From contig OZ024742.1 of assembly GCA_964016885.1 (NCBI GenBank), forward strand, positions 252,030,001 through 252,094,000: DNA of 64,000 nt. Direction: 5' to 3'. A program made the position numbers and the translations under genes. The stretch is from Eledone cirrhosa. Lineage: Eukaryota. Within the stretch, counting starts at the first letter, position 1. Every line of letters starts with the position of its first letter. The notes under the pieces were generated by a model. The model had not been told where the DNA came from. It did not search any database and saw nothing but the letters and a program-made list of their open reading frames with translations. Below, piece by piece: positions 12,073 to 26,198 of the stretch.

Positions 12073-12158
12073 ATATAAATATATATGTGTGTGTGTGTGT
12101 GTGTATATAAATATATATGTGTGTGTGTGTATGTATATATATATATATATATATATAT
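11983..12158. repeat. Compound (TA)n/(TG)n microsatellite
   Basis: Seen directly. Confidence 0.95.
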
Positions 12159-12159
12159 A

Positions 12160-12985
12160 ATGTTGGTGCCATGATAAAATGCTCCTAGTCCATCTTGTAA
12201 GGTGGTAGTGTGGGTGCCATGATAAAATGCTTCCAGTACATGCTGTAAAGTGGTTGGCATTAAGAAGATAATCTAACCATAGAAATCATGCCAAAAATAT
12301 AATGCATAAGCTTGACGTGGTAACTTGATTGGTTGAGCCTCAGAATCTGACAACCTGTCTAACCCATGAAAGCATGGAAAATAGGCATGTTTTGATGATG
12401 ATATATATAGTAAACCCATAATTAACTAGTGTATTGATTAATGCTGAAACTCTTTTCAATTGAAGGTAAAGTAAGGGTCATTTTTATTGTCCTTAATGTT
12501 AAAAATCTAATATAGTGTACATGAATGTATGATATAAAATTATTCTCAGATAAGATACACCCAACACACTCTGTAAAGTAGTTGGTGTTAGGAAGGGCTT
12601 CAAGCCATAGAAACTATGCTCCTAAGGGTTGAGAGGGCAAAAATGTACCCACTATACCCTATAGTAGGAGAGGCAACCATACAAAGAAACCATACTGAAA
12701 CATGTCAAGAGGATACTTCAGTTGTGTCAAAGGCACGGCAACTCCTCCAGTGTTGGTGACCTATATGATAAAGACACCTACTACAAGACACAACAACCTC
12801 CCTAGTGCTGATATCATAAAATGAACCTAGTGCACCTTGTAATGTGCGGGAACATATATAAGTGAAATGTGGGCCCCCAGCACTGTCTGAGAGGTCAGTA
12901 GCTCTGATTAAGTACTGACTAGGTTTGTGATGAACACTCCAACCCTTGCTAGCAGGGAAAATGGACATTAAATGATGATGATGAT
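12160..12985 (+). repeat. Cluster of decayed RTE-tail elements
   Basis: Two tails ending aacccatgaaagcatggaaa...gatgatg and aacccttgctagcagggaaa...gatgatg; the latter recurs at ~53070-53180. Confidence 0.6.
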
Positions 12986-15887
12986 AATAATCCTAACCTT
13001 CATATTAAAAATTAGAGAAGAAGACTAGCCTTGCACAACAATGATATTTTTTCTTAATATCCAACTGTGACGACTGTTTTGGCTATAAAACTCTTTGTTT
13101 TGAATATTCTAATATTCAAGTGTAACAAAATGCTTCACTCTGAAGTTAAAATGACAGATTTTTCTGTTTTACCAGGGAGATAACAACTTCCAATGCACAT
13201 CAGTCTTTACATTTGAAAGTTATGTCACTAAAATGTGCAATCACCAAGAACTATTTGATTGTTTGGGCATATCAGAGCAGAGTTCTGAATGCTAAGATTG
13301 AGATTTGACAGAAACAAACTTGAAGTCTACAAATCTTTAATTCAAATCATCCTCAATCCAATTCAGATTGCTATCCCTCTAAAGTTGATAAATTATTAAG
13401 CACTAATCTTGAAACTGAACAGGTTAGCTGATTGGGATAAACAACTTAAATTTAGTGAATTGATTGGAGAATTGACACAGTAAATGTTTGGCTTATAGTA
13501 TATTATTTACAATCAGCTACAGCTGTCCTAAGAAGCAGCTTGATTGAAAATGGATGGGCATCGCAAATGTATAAATATGACCGAAACCCTCGCCCAACAT
13601 CCTTTGTTTGAGATGTTGCAACTATCTGAAAAGGTTTCAAAAGTTAAATTGAACAACCAACTAGAACAGCATTGTTTGCTGCTGCTGCAGTTGTTGTTGT
13701 TGTTCATTCTATTGAGAAAAATATATTAGTGCCAACACATCAGACTATAAAGAGGCAGTGATACTTTTGGCTATGTAGATTGCAGGAACGAGAATGAAAT
13801 CTCTTGCCCGAAAGGCACAATACAAAACTTCAGTTACTGGCAAATAACCAGGACAGTGGCAAAACCTGTATGACCACCAGAATGGCAGAGTGAATGAAAA
13901 ACTGTTAAAAACATTGTTTGAAAATGCTGTGAATAGAATTTAAAACCTTTGACCTATAAAGTTACCAGAAATTAGAGTAGTTTAAATTTCAGAAGTTGAA
14001 AACAATAAATATTTCAAAATAGCAGTAATTGTGGAATATTATTTTGATTCAGAAATTGTGACAAAATTTGTGAAAAAGCTGCAATAAAATACAAAATGCA
14101 GTTTGATATGTAACTGTTTGTTACAGAGTCTTTAACAACTCATTTTAAAATGATAAACATTTGTTTTGTCTTTCATTTCTAGTGATGCATATTTGGCTGC
14201 TATTTCAAGCATTATACATACTTGCGTATTTGGTGGTGGCGGGGTGGGGTGGGGGTGTCCTTTTAGGAATAAGGAAAAGTTTTCCACAAAATTAAAACCC
14301 ATATAAATAAGATTGTTCATTATAAATTAGATTGTTGACTATATGCTCTAAAGGCATTGTATATCTTGGTTTTTAGAACAGATACATCATATCTCTGTCT
14401 TTGCAAAGAGATGACTAAAAAAGTTACCATTACAAAGGGCATCCAACAGTAAAGCACTGCTTTGAAAAAGTCACATCTATCTCATGCTAGCTTTGAAGTG
14501 GTTGTAAAAATATATCAAAATAAAACCAAATAATTGTATGGTATTAAAATGATACACTCAATAAATTATTCTTTATAAAAAGACCAAATTGTTATTTTGA
14601 ATATGATGCATATCAAGCCTCTATGTAGTCACTCAATAAGTTAAAAATAGCAGCCAAATTTCCTTCAAATCATGCTCCACCATCTTAAAGACACATTGGA
14701 TATATGCATGGAACAAGATAGAAGGGTATTGGCTGAAACGTCAGACCTGGAGCTAAACAGTAACAACTATCTAATAATAATAGAGGTGTATATGAAGGCA
14801 TATATAATATATTCATGTATAACAAACATACGGAAGTATTGCTATGAATATTTTAAGCTGTGATCATGTCGCAGCTATTTCAGTAACCATGTGAAAATGT
14901 TAGACACATATTTTTACGTGTCATCAGTGATGTTTACTCACTCAGTGCTGAGATAAGAATAAGCTATAGCTTTTTACAATATATATATATATATATACAT
15001 ACACATGTGCTTACACTCCAGCAGTGAAGATACAGAAGCAGAAACATATTAAAATTAAAATGTATTTCCTTAATGGCAAATGCCTAACAATTAGCAATAA
15101 GCAGTCAAGAAGTTCTAAGTTTCTCATAGTTTATGTTATTTAGAAATAATTTTTAAAAGATGCTTAACCCGATTGAATTTTGTAACTTCTGTCTTAATAT
15201 ATTTCTTTCCTGATCCAATTATTGACATTGAACATAATATACAATGTGAAAGAAATGTAAAAAAATTATTTACTAAAAGCCATCTTTTATCTGCCACATT
15301 AGTAGTTGATCAAGCAGATACATTTCCAAATACAGATTTGATGTTTTAAATTTTAACAAGCTTATTTAATTGCTCAAACTGAATAGGCATTTTCAAAACG
15401 GAATCAAATTCTTTCAAAATCACTTTAAAATAAAAGTTCAAGCATTCCTGAACCTATGCATCGTCCAGCTTGTACAAGCATAAAAATGGTGATGATGATG
15501 GTAGTGGTAGTGTGATAACAATGATAGTGGTGGTGGTGGGATGATAGCAATACACTCAATATCAGTTGAAAAACTGTATTTCCATGGGCAAAATGCAGCC
15601 TGTGTGCTGCGTGCATCCGATTTGACTTTTTGAATGACATCTAATTTCAAAATTGCTTTGAATTTTTTAGTAGTGCAGCCTGTCTTTTGATGAGCCATAT
15701 CCTATACAACCCACTACTTAAAAAAGGTTGCCCATCCTAGCACCTCAGCAAAATGGACTAATTTCCTACTATGAACTTAAACAAATTTTTAAACATGTTT
15801 TTTTTCTCTTAGTCTCCATGAATACTTTTTCAGTAAAGAAATTTTTAATAACATTTTTCATTTTTATAAACATTTCTGGTTGCAAAT

Positions 15888-16170
15888 TGGCAGCCATTAG
15901 AATGTTAGGTAGAATGCATTGCAGAATTCATTTCAGCATTCTGAGTTCAAATTCCACCAATGTCAACTTTGCCTTTCATAATTTTGTGGTCGGAAAAATA
16001 AAGTACCAGTTTAGTACAAGGGTCAATTCTTCTATATATCTCTCTTTCTCACTCGTTATCCTTCTTTGGAAGAAATCAACTGTATTCAGATGTGGAGAAA
16101 GGATAGGTTCCAGCAGGTTTAAGGTACTCAAGAGAATAAATATCTCACTATAGCACTAGTACGACTCCAT
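15888..16170 (+). mobile_element. SINE family A head with alternative tail (variant C)
   Basis: gagttcaaattcc plus actttgcctttcat, followed by a tail shared with ~39510-39835, ~47310-47630 and ~54170-54420. Confidence 0.6.
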
Positions 16171-17074
16171 ACATACATAGATTTATATCTACCTTTGCTT
16201 CCTTTATAGCGTCATCAAATTTTATGTATTCCTTACATATATTTTCTATCACAAAAGAATGATAACAATAGGCATTTCCATTCCTATAAAAGTATAGGCT
16301 TTTAAAATCATGATGTGTGAATGTTTATATTGTTTGATCATTTTAAAAGGTTTTGTGTTTCTGGTAAGGATCAAGATAGTAAGACATTTTTTTGCCTTGT
16401 TAGATTACAAAAGTAAAGTATTTTTAATTGAAAAGTATTAATTAAATAAATTTAATAAAATTACTGATATATTTTCCATTTTATTATCATTGTCATCATC
16501 ATTTATCATCCGCTTTCCTTGCTAGCAAGGGTTGGATGAGTTTTCACAGACTGGGTCAGTACTGAAGCAGGGCTATAGACCTCCCAAACAGGCCAGAAGC
16601 CTGCATCTTGCTTACATACAGTCCCACTTTCGGCCAAGTGCATTTTATCATGGCACCAGCACTCGAGTTGTCATGCCCTTGATACAACCCTTTGTCTGGC
16701 AAGCTTTCTATAGCTGGATGTTCTTCCTTTCAAATTCTAAATGTACTCAGGATTTTGTATTGATAGCGACTTCCCTAATTAATTTGTATAATTCACAGAC
16801 ATTGTAAAATAGATATACATGCTGTATGTTTAAAATAAATTGGAGTATAGATTAAGATAGATTGGAAAATAAGACAAATTTAATTATTTAACTAATCTCT
16901 TTCTCCCTATATATATATAAGGAATTAGTATATCTACCAACATATATATATACAGATGCATACCTATGCTAGCAAATATATAGGTTTTGTCTTAGTAACT
17001 TTGTGGTTCAATGCAAGGGGATGCAGAACAATTATATGAAAGACGTAAAATAAGAAAATTATAAAAATTAAATG

Positions 17075-17415
17075 CTCCCATTGTTGTCTAGTAAAGTTAG
17101 ACTTTGTGGCTTTTCCAGTTTGTCAACTGGAAATTTGGGATGTAATCACAAAATTCATTAAGGGCTGCATTCTTGCCTTTTGGGGGTTGATATATACCTT
17201 TCTGTCTCTAATTAGTGATTCACTGTTGTCTTCTTTTTCAAAAAATTGTTCCACTAGTCTGAGTCTTCTTGCAGAAGTCTGAAATATCATCTTCAATTTC
17301 TGATATATTTGGTTTTTGAGGAGTGGGTGTAAATTTTAGTCCTTTACCTAGAATGTCTATTTGGATGGGTGTTAACGATTTTTGTGAGAGATTGATTATT
17401 TTTGGTTTCTCGTAT
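17075..17415 (-). pseudogene. Penelope-like element ORF N-terminal fragment
   Basis: KIINLSQKSLTPIQIDILGKGLKFTPTP fits the PLE N-terminal INLS...L.KGL.F.P motif. Confidence 0.7.
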
Positions 17416-17421
17416 CCTGGT

Positions 17422-17625
17422 ATCATCATCATCACTGTTTTACGTCCGTTCTTCCACGCTAGCATGGGTTAGACGGGTTGTCCCTATCATCTCATTTCTA
17501 CAGCTGAGTAAACTGGAGCAATGTGAAATAAAGTGTCTTGCTTAAGAAAACAACACATCACCTGGTCTGAGAATTGAACTCACAACCTTTCGATTAAAAG
17601 CCCAATGCTATCACGTGCCATCACA
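17422..17625 (-). mobile_element. SINE family B with RTE tail (short form)
   Basis: (ATC)n tail, acgtccgttcttccacgctagcatgggttagacggg, and the reverse complement of the central domain and B box. Confidence 0.8.
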
Positions 17626-17790
17626 TCTCTCTAAGAAATGGTTGTTAGGATAGGGTTTCTCTATATTATTCCTACTGTCAGAATTTTTTATGTTGCAGTT
17701 TTTGTTATTATTGTGTATATCCATATTGTACATATTCAGTTCCCTGTACCTGTTCAGACTGAACTAAAGTCAACACATTTCTTGTTTCTT

Positions 17791-17897
<107 letters not shown>

Positions 17898-20456
17898 AAG
17901 GTAGAAGTAGATATTGAAAGAAAACTTTTGTAGGAGGAAATTCAATCAAAATTAATTCATAAGTAACCTAACTCTTATTTGACAGAAAATATTTAAACAC
18001 GTTTGTTTATAGTATTTTTTATGTTTATAGTTTATAGTATTTTTTATTTTTATGTTATAGTATTTTTTAATAGTTGATAGATTGTTGTGAAAATCTGCAG
18101 TATTAGAGCAAAGACTTTAATTTCTAACCTGATGCAGTCCAAGTTTCATGTGGTTGAGGATGTTAAGAGTTAAAAGTAATTAATAAATTCTGGACAGAAT
18201 GACAGAAACAATGTTGAAACAATGTTGAAATCACTGAAACATATCATATATAACTTTCTTCCCCTATGCAAACTATGAATCTAATTTGATGAACTAACAC
18301 TGATAATAATTAATTTATATTAATGAGAAAAATATAAGAAACACTATATTAGGTTTTTGACCTATGTCCAAACTGCATCACAATAGAATCCTGCTAATTA
18401 CATGAGAGTTGAACTAATTAGCATTTTCAAATGTTCTAAAGAAATCTAATTTTTATTCCTTGCGGATATTTTTTTAATGTGAACTGAAACTTTTGAAAAT
18501 GTTCTAATTAATGACTAATATCAGATTGATTCTGGCTTATTTAATTATTAATTGTTTAATATTTCACCTAATTTAGATTTTAAAAAAATGTTCTTTTAAT
18601 GTTTATTTTACTTTGACTGATGAAAGCAACTGAAGCAGGTATAAAACATAGTGTTGGGACTTTTTCTATCAGAAACTTATTTCAGAGAAACATTTTTACA
18701 GATATTATTAATTAAGAATTCATTCATACAAAAAAATGAATAGTTCAAGACAAACAATAGCAATACTTCAGCAGTTTAAAAAAAAAAAAAAAAAAAAATT
18801 AATGATAATATTGATGATAATAACAGTAATTGTTTCTACTTTTGGCACAAGGTCAGCAATTTTAAGGGAAGGGGAAAGTTGATTAAATTGACCTCGGTAT
18901 GTTACTTTATTTTATCAACCTTGTAAGGAGGAAAGGCAAAGCTGACATGGGTGGGATTTTAACTCAGAACATAAAGAGCTGTAACTGTATGCCGCAAAGC
19001 ATATTATCCACTACCCTACTGATACTACAACAATTATACACATTCTTCTTCTTTGGGGTAACTTTACTTGATAGGGTGTGTAGCTTGGAGATCAAGAAGT
19101 CAATCCAAGTAGAGCCACTACTTCTCCACATCAAGAGGTCACAGCGCCAGTACTACAAACATGTGGTTAGAATGTCTAAGGAAAGACTTGCTTGGTTGAT
19201 CTCACTTGGATCATTTGGAAATGAATGCTTCTGATAGGACCCTCTGGAAGATGTACCCAAGGACTCTGCCCCTATGACCTCAGGAATTATAGACACATAA
19301 ACTAAAGTTCTAGCACCACAAAACATGGCCATTTACATATGATATAGTCAATATAATATATCATATTTACTTATTTTATCAAAGCTAGAGGCTAGAAAGT
19401 GAAGTCCAATGGAATTTAAAATCTAAGTCAATTATTCTGTTTCATTTTTTTACAACACCCCCACCTATAATAACCCACCTATAAACACCCCACCTATAAT
19501 AACCTACTGCACAGTTTTCTTAATTGATATTAATACTTTTTCCCATAAAAGTATATACCATACAACATGCATTATGTACGAACTTGCTTCTCATAAGCTG
19601 ATTAACTATTGTTTAGTTTTTACTTTGATAATTATGTATTACTTCTTAGAGAAAAAAGGATATAGTCTTCACTTAACTATACTAACTTAAGTGAAATGTT
19701 TAAATTAACTTTTGTAAGATTCAAACTTAGATCTATGTGGTATTGAATGAACTAAATACCACCACCAGTTAGCAACTGAAAGAAAGATTCATAGAAATGG
19801 TAAATCCTATTTCAGGTTAAAGTTATTAATGAATATATATATATGTATGTTTTCCCTTAGTTTTCTAATAAATAAATTTCCAAATTTATCATGGAGTGTA
19901 AATGGCACTATGTCTTAAACCATAATGATGTACTAAAAGAGTTCAAATTTCCTTCATATTGTTTCACAAAGAAACATAGATAGTTAAAGGTGAAAAAAGT
20001 AAGGCATCCAGAAGCAATGCAATATGAGAGAAAAATCAACAAGGAGAAAAACATGAGAGAACAATACTATACAATGATGATATGTTAGTTTAACACTTGA
20101 TATAGTGGGAAAAGAGTTTTAACGTTTATGACATTAGTCCTTCATCAGAAGATAGAATGAAAGACAGAAAAAGAAATAGGAAAATAGATGAGATTAAGAA
20201 AAGAAAATATATCCAGGAGGAAATCAAGTGCAGTTAGCCATTTTGGCAATCATGTATTAATAAGTAGCTAAAACATAATGCAATTTTAGAAATGCCCCCT
20301 GAATGCAATGTTCCAAATAAAAGTACAATTTAACCAGTTGGATACTAAACTGCCTGATACCACTCCTTGTTCTACAGTTCAAAACTATATATTTTATAGT
20401 GTTTATATTTATCCAAAAATATTCAACTAGAATTTTAGGTAATGACCTTTGTAAGT

Positions 20457-20495
<39 letters not shown>

Positions 20496-20498
<3 letters not shown>

Positions 20499-20826
20499 TG
20501 TTTTTACTTTAGGCACAAGGTCAGCAATTACCCAGTACATTACTGGTACTTTATTTTATCGACCCCGTAAGGATGAAAGGCAAAGTTAACCTCGGCGGGA
20601 TTTGAACTCAAACCGTAAAGGGACGTAACTATGCTAGAAAGCATGGCTAATAATTATTGTTTCTACTTTTAGCACAAGGCCAGCAATTACTGGTACTTTA
20701 TTTTATCGACCCGGTAAGGATGAACGGCAAAGTTAACCTCGACGGGATTTGAACTCAGACCGTAAAGGGACGTAACTATGCTGAAAAGCATGGCATCCAA
20801 CCCTCTACCGATACTGCCAATTCACC
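20496..20826 (-). mobile_element. Two tandem SINE family A copies with (TAA)n at the tail side
   Basis: Copies at ~20496-20645 and ~20655-20826; B box gagttcaaatcc and A box tggcagtatcgg on the minus strand. Confidence 0.88.
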
Positions 20827-20827
20827 A

Positions 20828-21452
20828 ATAATAATAATAATGCTTTCTTTATTAACCACAAGGGTTTACACAAAGTAGACATTAAGGACAGTACAGGACA
20901 ATACAGGACGGTACAAATGGGCATTTCTGCGTGTAAAAAAACAAAAAACAGAGGATGTAACAAAAAAAGAACAATGAAAAATTCCCCAATAGGGGGGAGA
21001 CTTCCGAGGGCCATCGTGAAGAAAGCCCATTAAAAAAGCCACGGTGACCCTGACCACCAGGGCAAGTGCCCTCTCCCAGTTTTCCACCTTCAATTTACAG
21101 GCACATACTCAGAGTAGGCCCATTCACTCGGGCCATTCTTGCCTCTCTCACCCATCTTTCAACAAAATGCTGGGAAGAGAACACTTCCCTCTCTACGCTG
21201 ATTTTCCTTTTCAAATGAAATTTGAAAAAGTTAATCAGGGCCTCACCGAAGAGGTAAGTGCTCGTCTTCAGCCCTTTCAGACACGTCCACCATACTATCT
21301 CTTTCACCATGGCCACCAGGCAGATAAAAACTTCCTGCCCTTCCCGGCTAAAGGAAGCGGGCGGGGCAATCTTCACGATGGACTCAGCTGATAGCCGGAT
21401 CTGTCCTACACGCGACAGCAGGTGTTCGACATAAACCCACAAGTCAGCAATG
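20828..21452 (-). mobile_element. L1/Tx1-like LINE 3' end
   Basis: ORF ...DLWVYVEHLLS...LVAMVKEIVWWT...FVERW resembles an L1-clade ORF2 C-terminus; the 3' UTR has AATAAA and an (ATT)n tail. Confidence 0.65.
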
Positions 21453-21489
21453 GAATTATTGTGTACAGTGCTCAGATGCACTACAACTC

Positions 21490-21750
21490 ATCAAAGGTGC
21501 ATGTATAGTACATAGAATAATGTACAAATGTCAGGAAAGTGAACAGTGTATGAGTCATGATATACATGTGTGCATGTGTGTGGAGGAGGGATATCAGGTA
21601 TAGTGTTGGCAAAATTCAGGAAACATGGAGATTTTAAAGATGCAGAGTCTCGGCAGCTAACAACTGATGCAGGTAGTTTGTTCCAAGCTTCAGCAACTCT
21701 GAGCATGAAAAATTGTTTCTGAAAGTCATGGGAGCTGTTCCAATCATTAG
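21490..21750 (-). mobile_element. CR1/L2-like LINE 3' end
   Basis: RNNFFMLRVAEAWNKLPASVV fits the CR1-group FF..RV...WN.LP..VV terminal motif. Confidence 0.7.
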
Positions 21751-21871
21751 AGGGTTAGTGATATTATTAAATCATTTCAAATTCTTGATTATTTCAAAAT
21801 TATTTGAAAATCATAGACAGTGTGTTTCCTTAGAAATATGGAAAAAAAGCAAAAAAAAAAAAAAAAAAAGC

Positions 21872-21920
<49 letters not shown>

Positions 21921-21928
21921 CTACTTAC

Positions 21929-22087
21929 GAAATTGACAGATGAAGTTATAATGATAGAATGCTATTTTGCAATGATAGTCATGCCACTGCCAGTTTTCCT
22001 TTTGCCGGATCAAGACACAGTCTTCAAAGAAGTCCGTTATGTCTTTAGGCTCACCAGGAGCCCAATAGCTCCATGTCACTGCTTCAC
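21929..22087 (-). CDS. C-type lectin domain gene, internal exon (C-terminal half of CTLD); not in ORF track
   Basis: Hand translation: (G)EAVTWSYWAPGEPKDITDFFEDCVLIRQKENWQWHDYHCKIAFYHYNFICQF. Acceptor tttatttacccattctAG and donor GTAAGT. 159 nt, phase 1-1, and joins in frame to the 47723 exon (TT-G-EAV). Confidence 0.92.
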
Positions 22088-22599
22088 CTAGAATGGGTAA
22101 ATAAAAAAGATTAAATTAAAAAAATAATCAGACAATATTGATTTGAACCATAAACTAAAAATTTAATATGTGTAAAACTGGAAAACAGGTATGTTAAAAT
22201 ATTGAAATATAAAGAGATGTATGTACAATGTGATGGCTATGTGATATTAAATGGTAGTAATGGTGAATAACAGATGACAAGTGTGATGAGGTTTAACAGG
22301 GTGTAGGGGACAATAAGGATGAGAATGGTTACTAAAGAGTGATGGTGGAGGGCTTGGGTATGAATGGCTCAGGTCACAACCATACATAGGATGTGGAAGA
22401 TGAGGGGGTACTATGGGCATACTGGGCACTTTGTTTTGTATCAGTTGATCTGTCTTCTCCAGTACTGCATGCCACTAATCCTTACAGCCCTTTGTCATTT
22501 CTGTTCCGGTATCGTCCCAAGTATAAGATTTGCTAGTGACAAATACTTCTTACTAAGCTGTATTTTTATAACTATTATATCAGTCTATTATATATTTAT

Positions 22600-22775
22600 T
22601 CCTACTTTTGGCACAAGGCCAGCAATTACCCCAGTGCATTACTGGTGCATTTTATTTTATTGACCCCGTAAAGATGAAAGGCAAAGTTAATATCAGCGGG
22701 ATTTGAATTTAGAACATAAAGGGCCATAACTATGCTGCAAAGCATGACATCTGATGCTCTACCGATACTGCCATT
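22600..22775 (-). mobile_element. SINE family A
   Basis: Same consensus as 20655-20826. Confidence 0.85.
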
Positions 22776-24539
22776 CTATCATGTATATTTAGATGTAGTT
22801 TTAATAATTATTATATTAGTGTTATCATATTTATTTAGATGTAGTTTTAATTACTATTAAATTAGTCTGTAACTGATAATCATGATGCAGTAGGTGAGGT
22901 ATAAATATGTTTTGTTATATTTGAGTTATTTTTTTAAGGCTGAAGTAGTTATACTTATGTTCAATAAAAGATAATGTTGCAGTACCCCAAATATAATCCA
23001 AACTTTAATATTTTCATGTAAAAAGCGTGCATTATCTTAATCATTAAATTTAATAAGTCTGCAATAGGCTTCAACATTTAACTGAAATATGATAATTAAT
23101 GTCCAGTAATTAATAAATGGTATATTATTATCAAATATTGGCAGAGGATTAGCAATATTGTCAGAATATCAGACAAAATTGTCAGAACATTAGACAAAAG
23201 TTTTGAAGTATTGGTTCCAGGTCTTTATATTCTGACTATAAATTCTGCAGAGGTCATCTTTGGTGATAAATAAAGTGAAGGATTGAGGGTGATTTAATTG
23301 AGTAACCACCTCCCATCAAATGTCTGGTTTTGTGCCTATATTAGAAACAATTATCAATTATTTTAATACAAAATATTGTTCCTCAGATGAAAGGTGTGTC
23401 CAAATACATATTTTGCATTTGGTTTCAATACTTTCTGTATCTGAGACAAACAACATTCAATTATGCTGATTTCAAATATTGTGGATATATCAAATACCAT
23501 ATGTTAACAACTGTTATCAACACATATTTGCAATTTTTCCATTAGGAATGAATATTTCTAAGCTCAGTAAAAATTTCAGAAAATGTGTACTTGTGTATAA
23601 TATGTTGGCATGATATTGCTCCTAATTTTAGTACAAAATTTCTTGTATCATACATGAGAAACTACAGTAATTTCAAAATGTTCTCATGGAAAGTAGAAAA
23701 ATTAGACCATTTTCAGCATTCCACCCCCACCACAGCTGTAGCTGTCTGTTATGTTTGCCTGATGTCCCCCTTCCATTTGAAAGGTATGATAATTTTAATT
23801 TCACCTCACTCCTTTGGAGAACTTACAGCAGACATTCCTGAATACTATAGAATAAAATGAAATCTGTACCCAAATAATAGAGTAGAGAAGCTAACTAAAT
23901 ACATGTGGTTGATAAGATTAATTAGCATTTTTACTGGCTGTATCTGGCTATAATTTTCTCATGTCTTTCTGTTCAAACCTGCTGCTCACACTGATGTTAA
24001 GGTATTATTCTCAAAATAAATAATATCAAAATCTCATAGATTCGATATTATGTGAAATAATTATGTGATGTAAAGCCATAACTATGAAAATATAATAGTA
24101 AATATAGAGTAACGTAAATGCTAAAGGGTTAAAGTAGAGAAATATATAAAACTTGCAGAATAGTTGACAACAGACAGAAAACTTTTAGGTTGTGAGAGTT
24201 AGTACCAGTTAGTCCCTTATTTTATTCAATATTTATGTTGAAGCAGGAATCTATTATTATTAGTACCCAAATAAGATACACAAAGAAGAAATTCTACAGC
24301 AGTTAAATGGTATAACATAAATCCTAGCAAAACTAGTGCAGAATTAATAAGTTGAATTTTCATTTTCACAAGGAATATTCCCTAAAGATAAAATTTTAAC
24401 TTAAGAGAAAGGTTAAAGTGCAGCAAATCGTTCAACAAATGTAAGCAATAGAAACATTGATGTCACATAGTAATTTGTTGACCTGTAAAATTATTTGACT
24501 GGGCCCTAGTTAGTGTGCTATGAAAAATCTATTTGCACA

Positions 24540-24846
24540 TGAGAGTAGTTAATGTCATATACAAGAGGAATCAGATGTAGTGTGCAAAAGAGAAGACTGC
24601 TCTGGTTTAGACATGTGATATGTATGGATGAAGAATGCTGGGTGAAGTGCCAAATGATGTCATTCGAAGGAAACTGCAGTAGAGGAAAACCAAGAAAAAC
24701 CTGGCCAGAGGTGGTAAGAACTGATTTTAAAATGCTGAACCTCACAGAGGAAATGATGATGGAATACATTGAGTCGAAGGAGGCTATACTGGACAGGACC
24801 TGTTCAACCTATGCAAGTATGGAAAAACAGAAGTATGATGATGAAG
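24540..24846 (+). pseudogene. RTE LINE 3' relic
   Basis: RRLLWFRHVICMDEE...RGKPRKTW, ending in a gatgatga tail. Confidence 0.75.
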
Positions 24847-25889
24847 AGATTTAAAACAGAGGTAAGACAACAAAGCAATTAGGTTATAAGGAGTAAAAAG
24901 TTGAAGTAGATGTCCATGAAAGTAGACCTGTCTTTATTTTTGAAAGCTTATGAAGAATTTCAAAAGTATGTGGCCATTAAAGTTAACTTGGATAGCATCA
25001 TAGAATCAATATACAAACTAGAGGGAGGGATCACAACCAAGAATGCTAGACTAGAGACTAGTTACAATGTAACAACTTCAAGGAAATGCTCATGCTTAAT
25101 TACAGAAAAAGAACATATAATATACTCAATAGAATTTCTAGAGTGCAACCATTGAATGTACAAAGGGTTATAGCAGTATTCCGGGTATATAGACAAGGCC
25201 TCCGTATTTCATGTGGATCAAATGCAGCTGGTGCATGTGACTGAGTACCTAAGGATTGAAGACGATGGACTACTAAAGTGACTCTCTGGAGATGTCACAT
25301 GAGGGGATGTTGTATATTATTTGGAAGTGACAGGTGATAGTTGTAGTGGTGACAAGATTGATAATGATGATGATAACAATGATGTGAAGGATGAGGACAG
25401 AAGAGAAAGAGACACTCCTAGTATCACAAAGACCAATATCAATTATTAAATGAATCAATAAACAAACATATAAGCAGACACATTAGTGAAATTTGCTAAC
25501 TGAATCTCTTTGATTCCGTATTAACGAGACTATGATAGTAATATCATTTTGCAAAGTATTTTTCAATAATATATTATATAACAAATGTTTATGTTCATCT
25601 GCTAATCATCAGAAGTAAATTGACAGGCTGTCTAGCAGTAACCTTATAATTATTATTTTAACTTATAACAATCATTACACTTCTTAAAAGAATAGATAAA
25701 ATTATATTGGATTAAGTGGATATCATTTCTACATACAATTTTTCTTCCTTGGCTCTACATTTCATAGATCCTATGATGAAAATCCTACCACAGAAATTCA
25801 AAATAGGAAGAGTAAAAGAACTACTAAACAAAATGTGAAATAGGAGCACTGCAGAGTGCTACTGTACAATTTATGCTATTATTATTTAT

Positions 25890-26198
25890 CTACTTGAAGT
25901 TCAAATCGGCCAAGGTTATATTTGCCTTTCATCCATACGGGGTCAATGAAATAAAGCACCAGTAATGCATTGGGGTCAATTTAATCAACTTTCCCCTCTC
26001 ACCAAAATGGTTGTACTCGTGTCTAAATCAGAAACCATTATTTATCTAATTGAAGTTCAAATCCACCAAGGTCAGTTTTGCCTTTCATCCTTACGGGGTA
26101 GATAATATAAAGCACAAATAACACACTGGGGGTCGATTTAGTTGACTTTCCCCTTTCCTTCAAATTGCTGGCCTTGTGCCAAATATAGAAATGATTAT
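25890..26198 (+). mobile_element. Two tandem truncated SINE family A copies
   Basis: gttcaaatc...tttgcctttcatcc...ggccttgtgcc-like block occurs twice, separated by a repeated attatttatcta.ttga. Confidence 0.75.
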
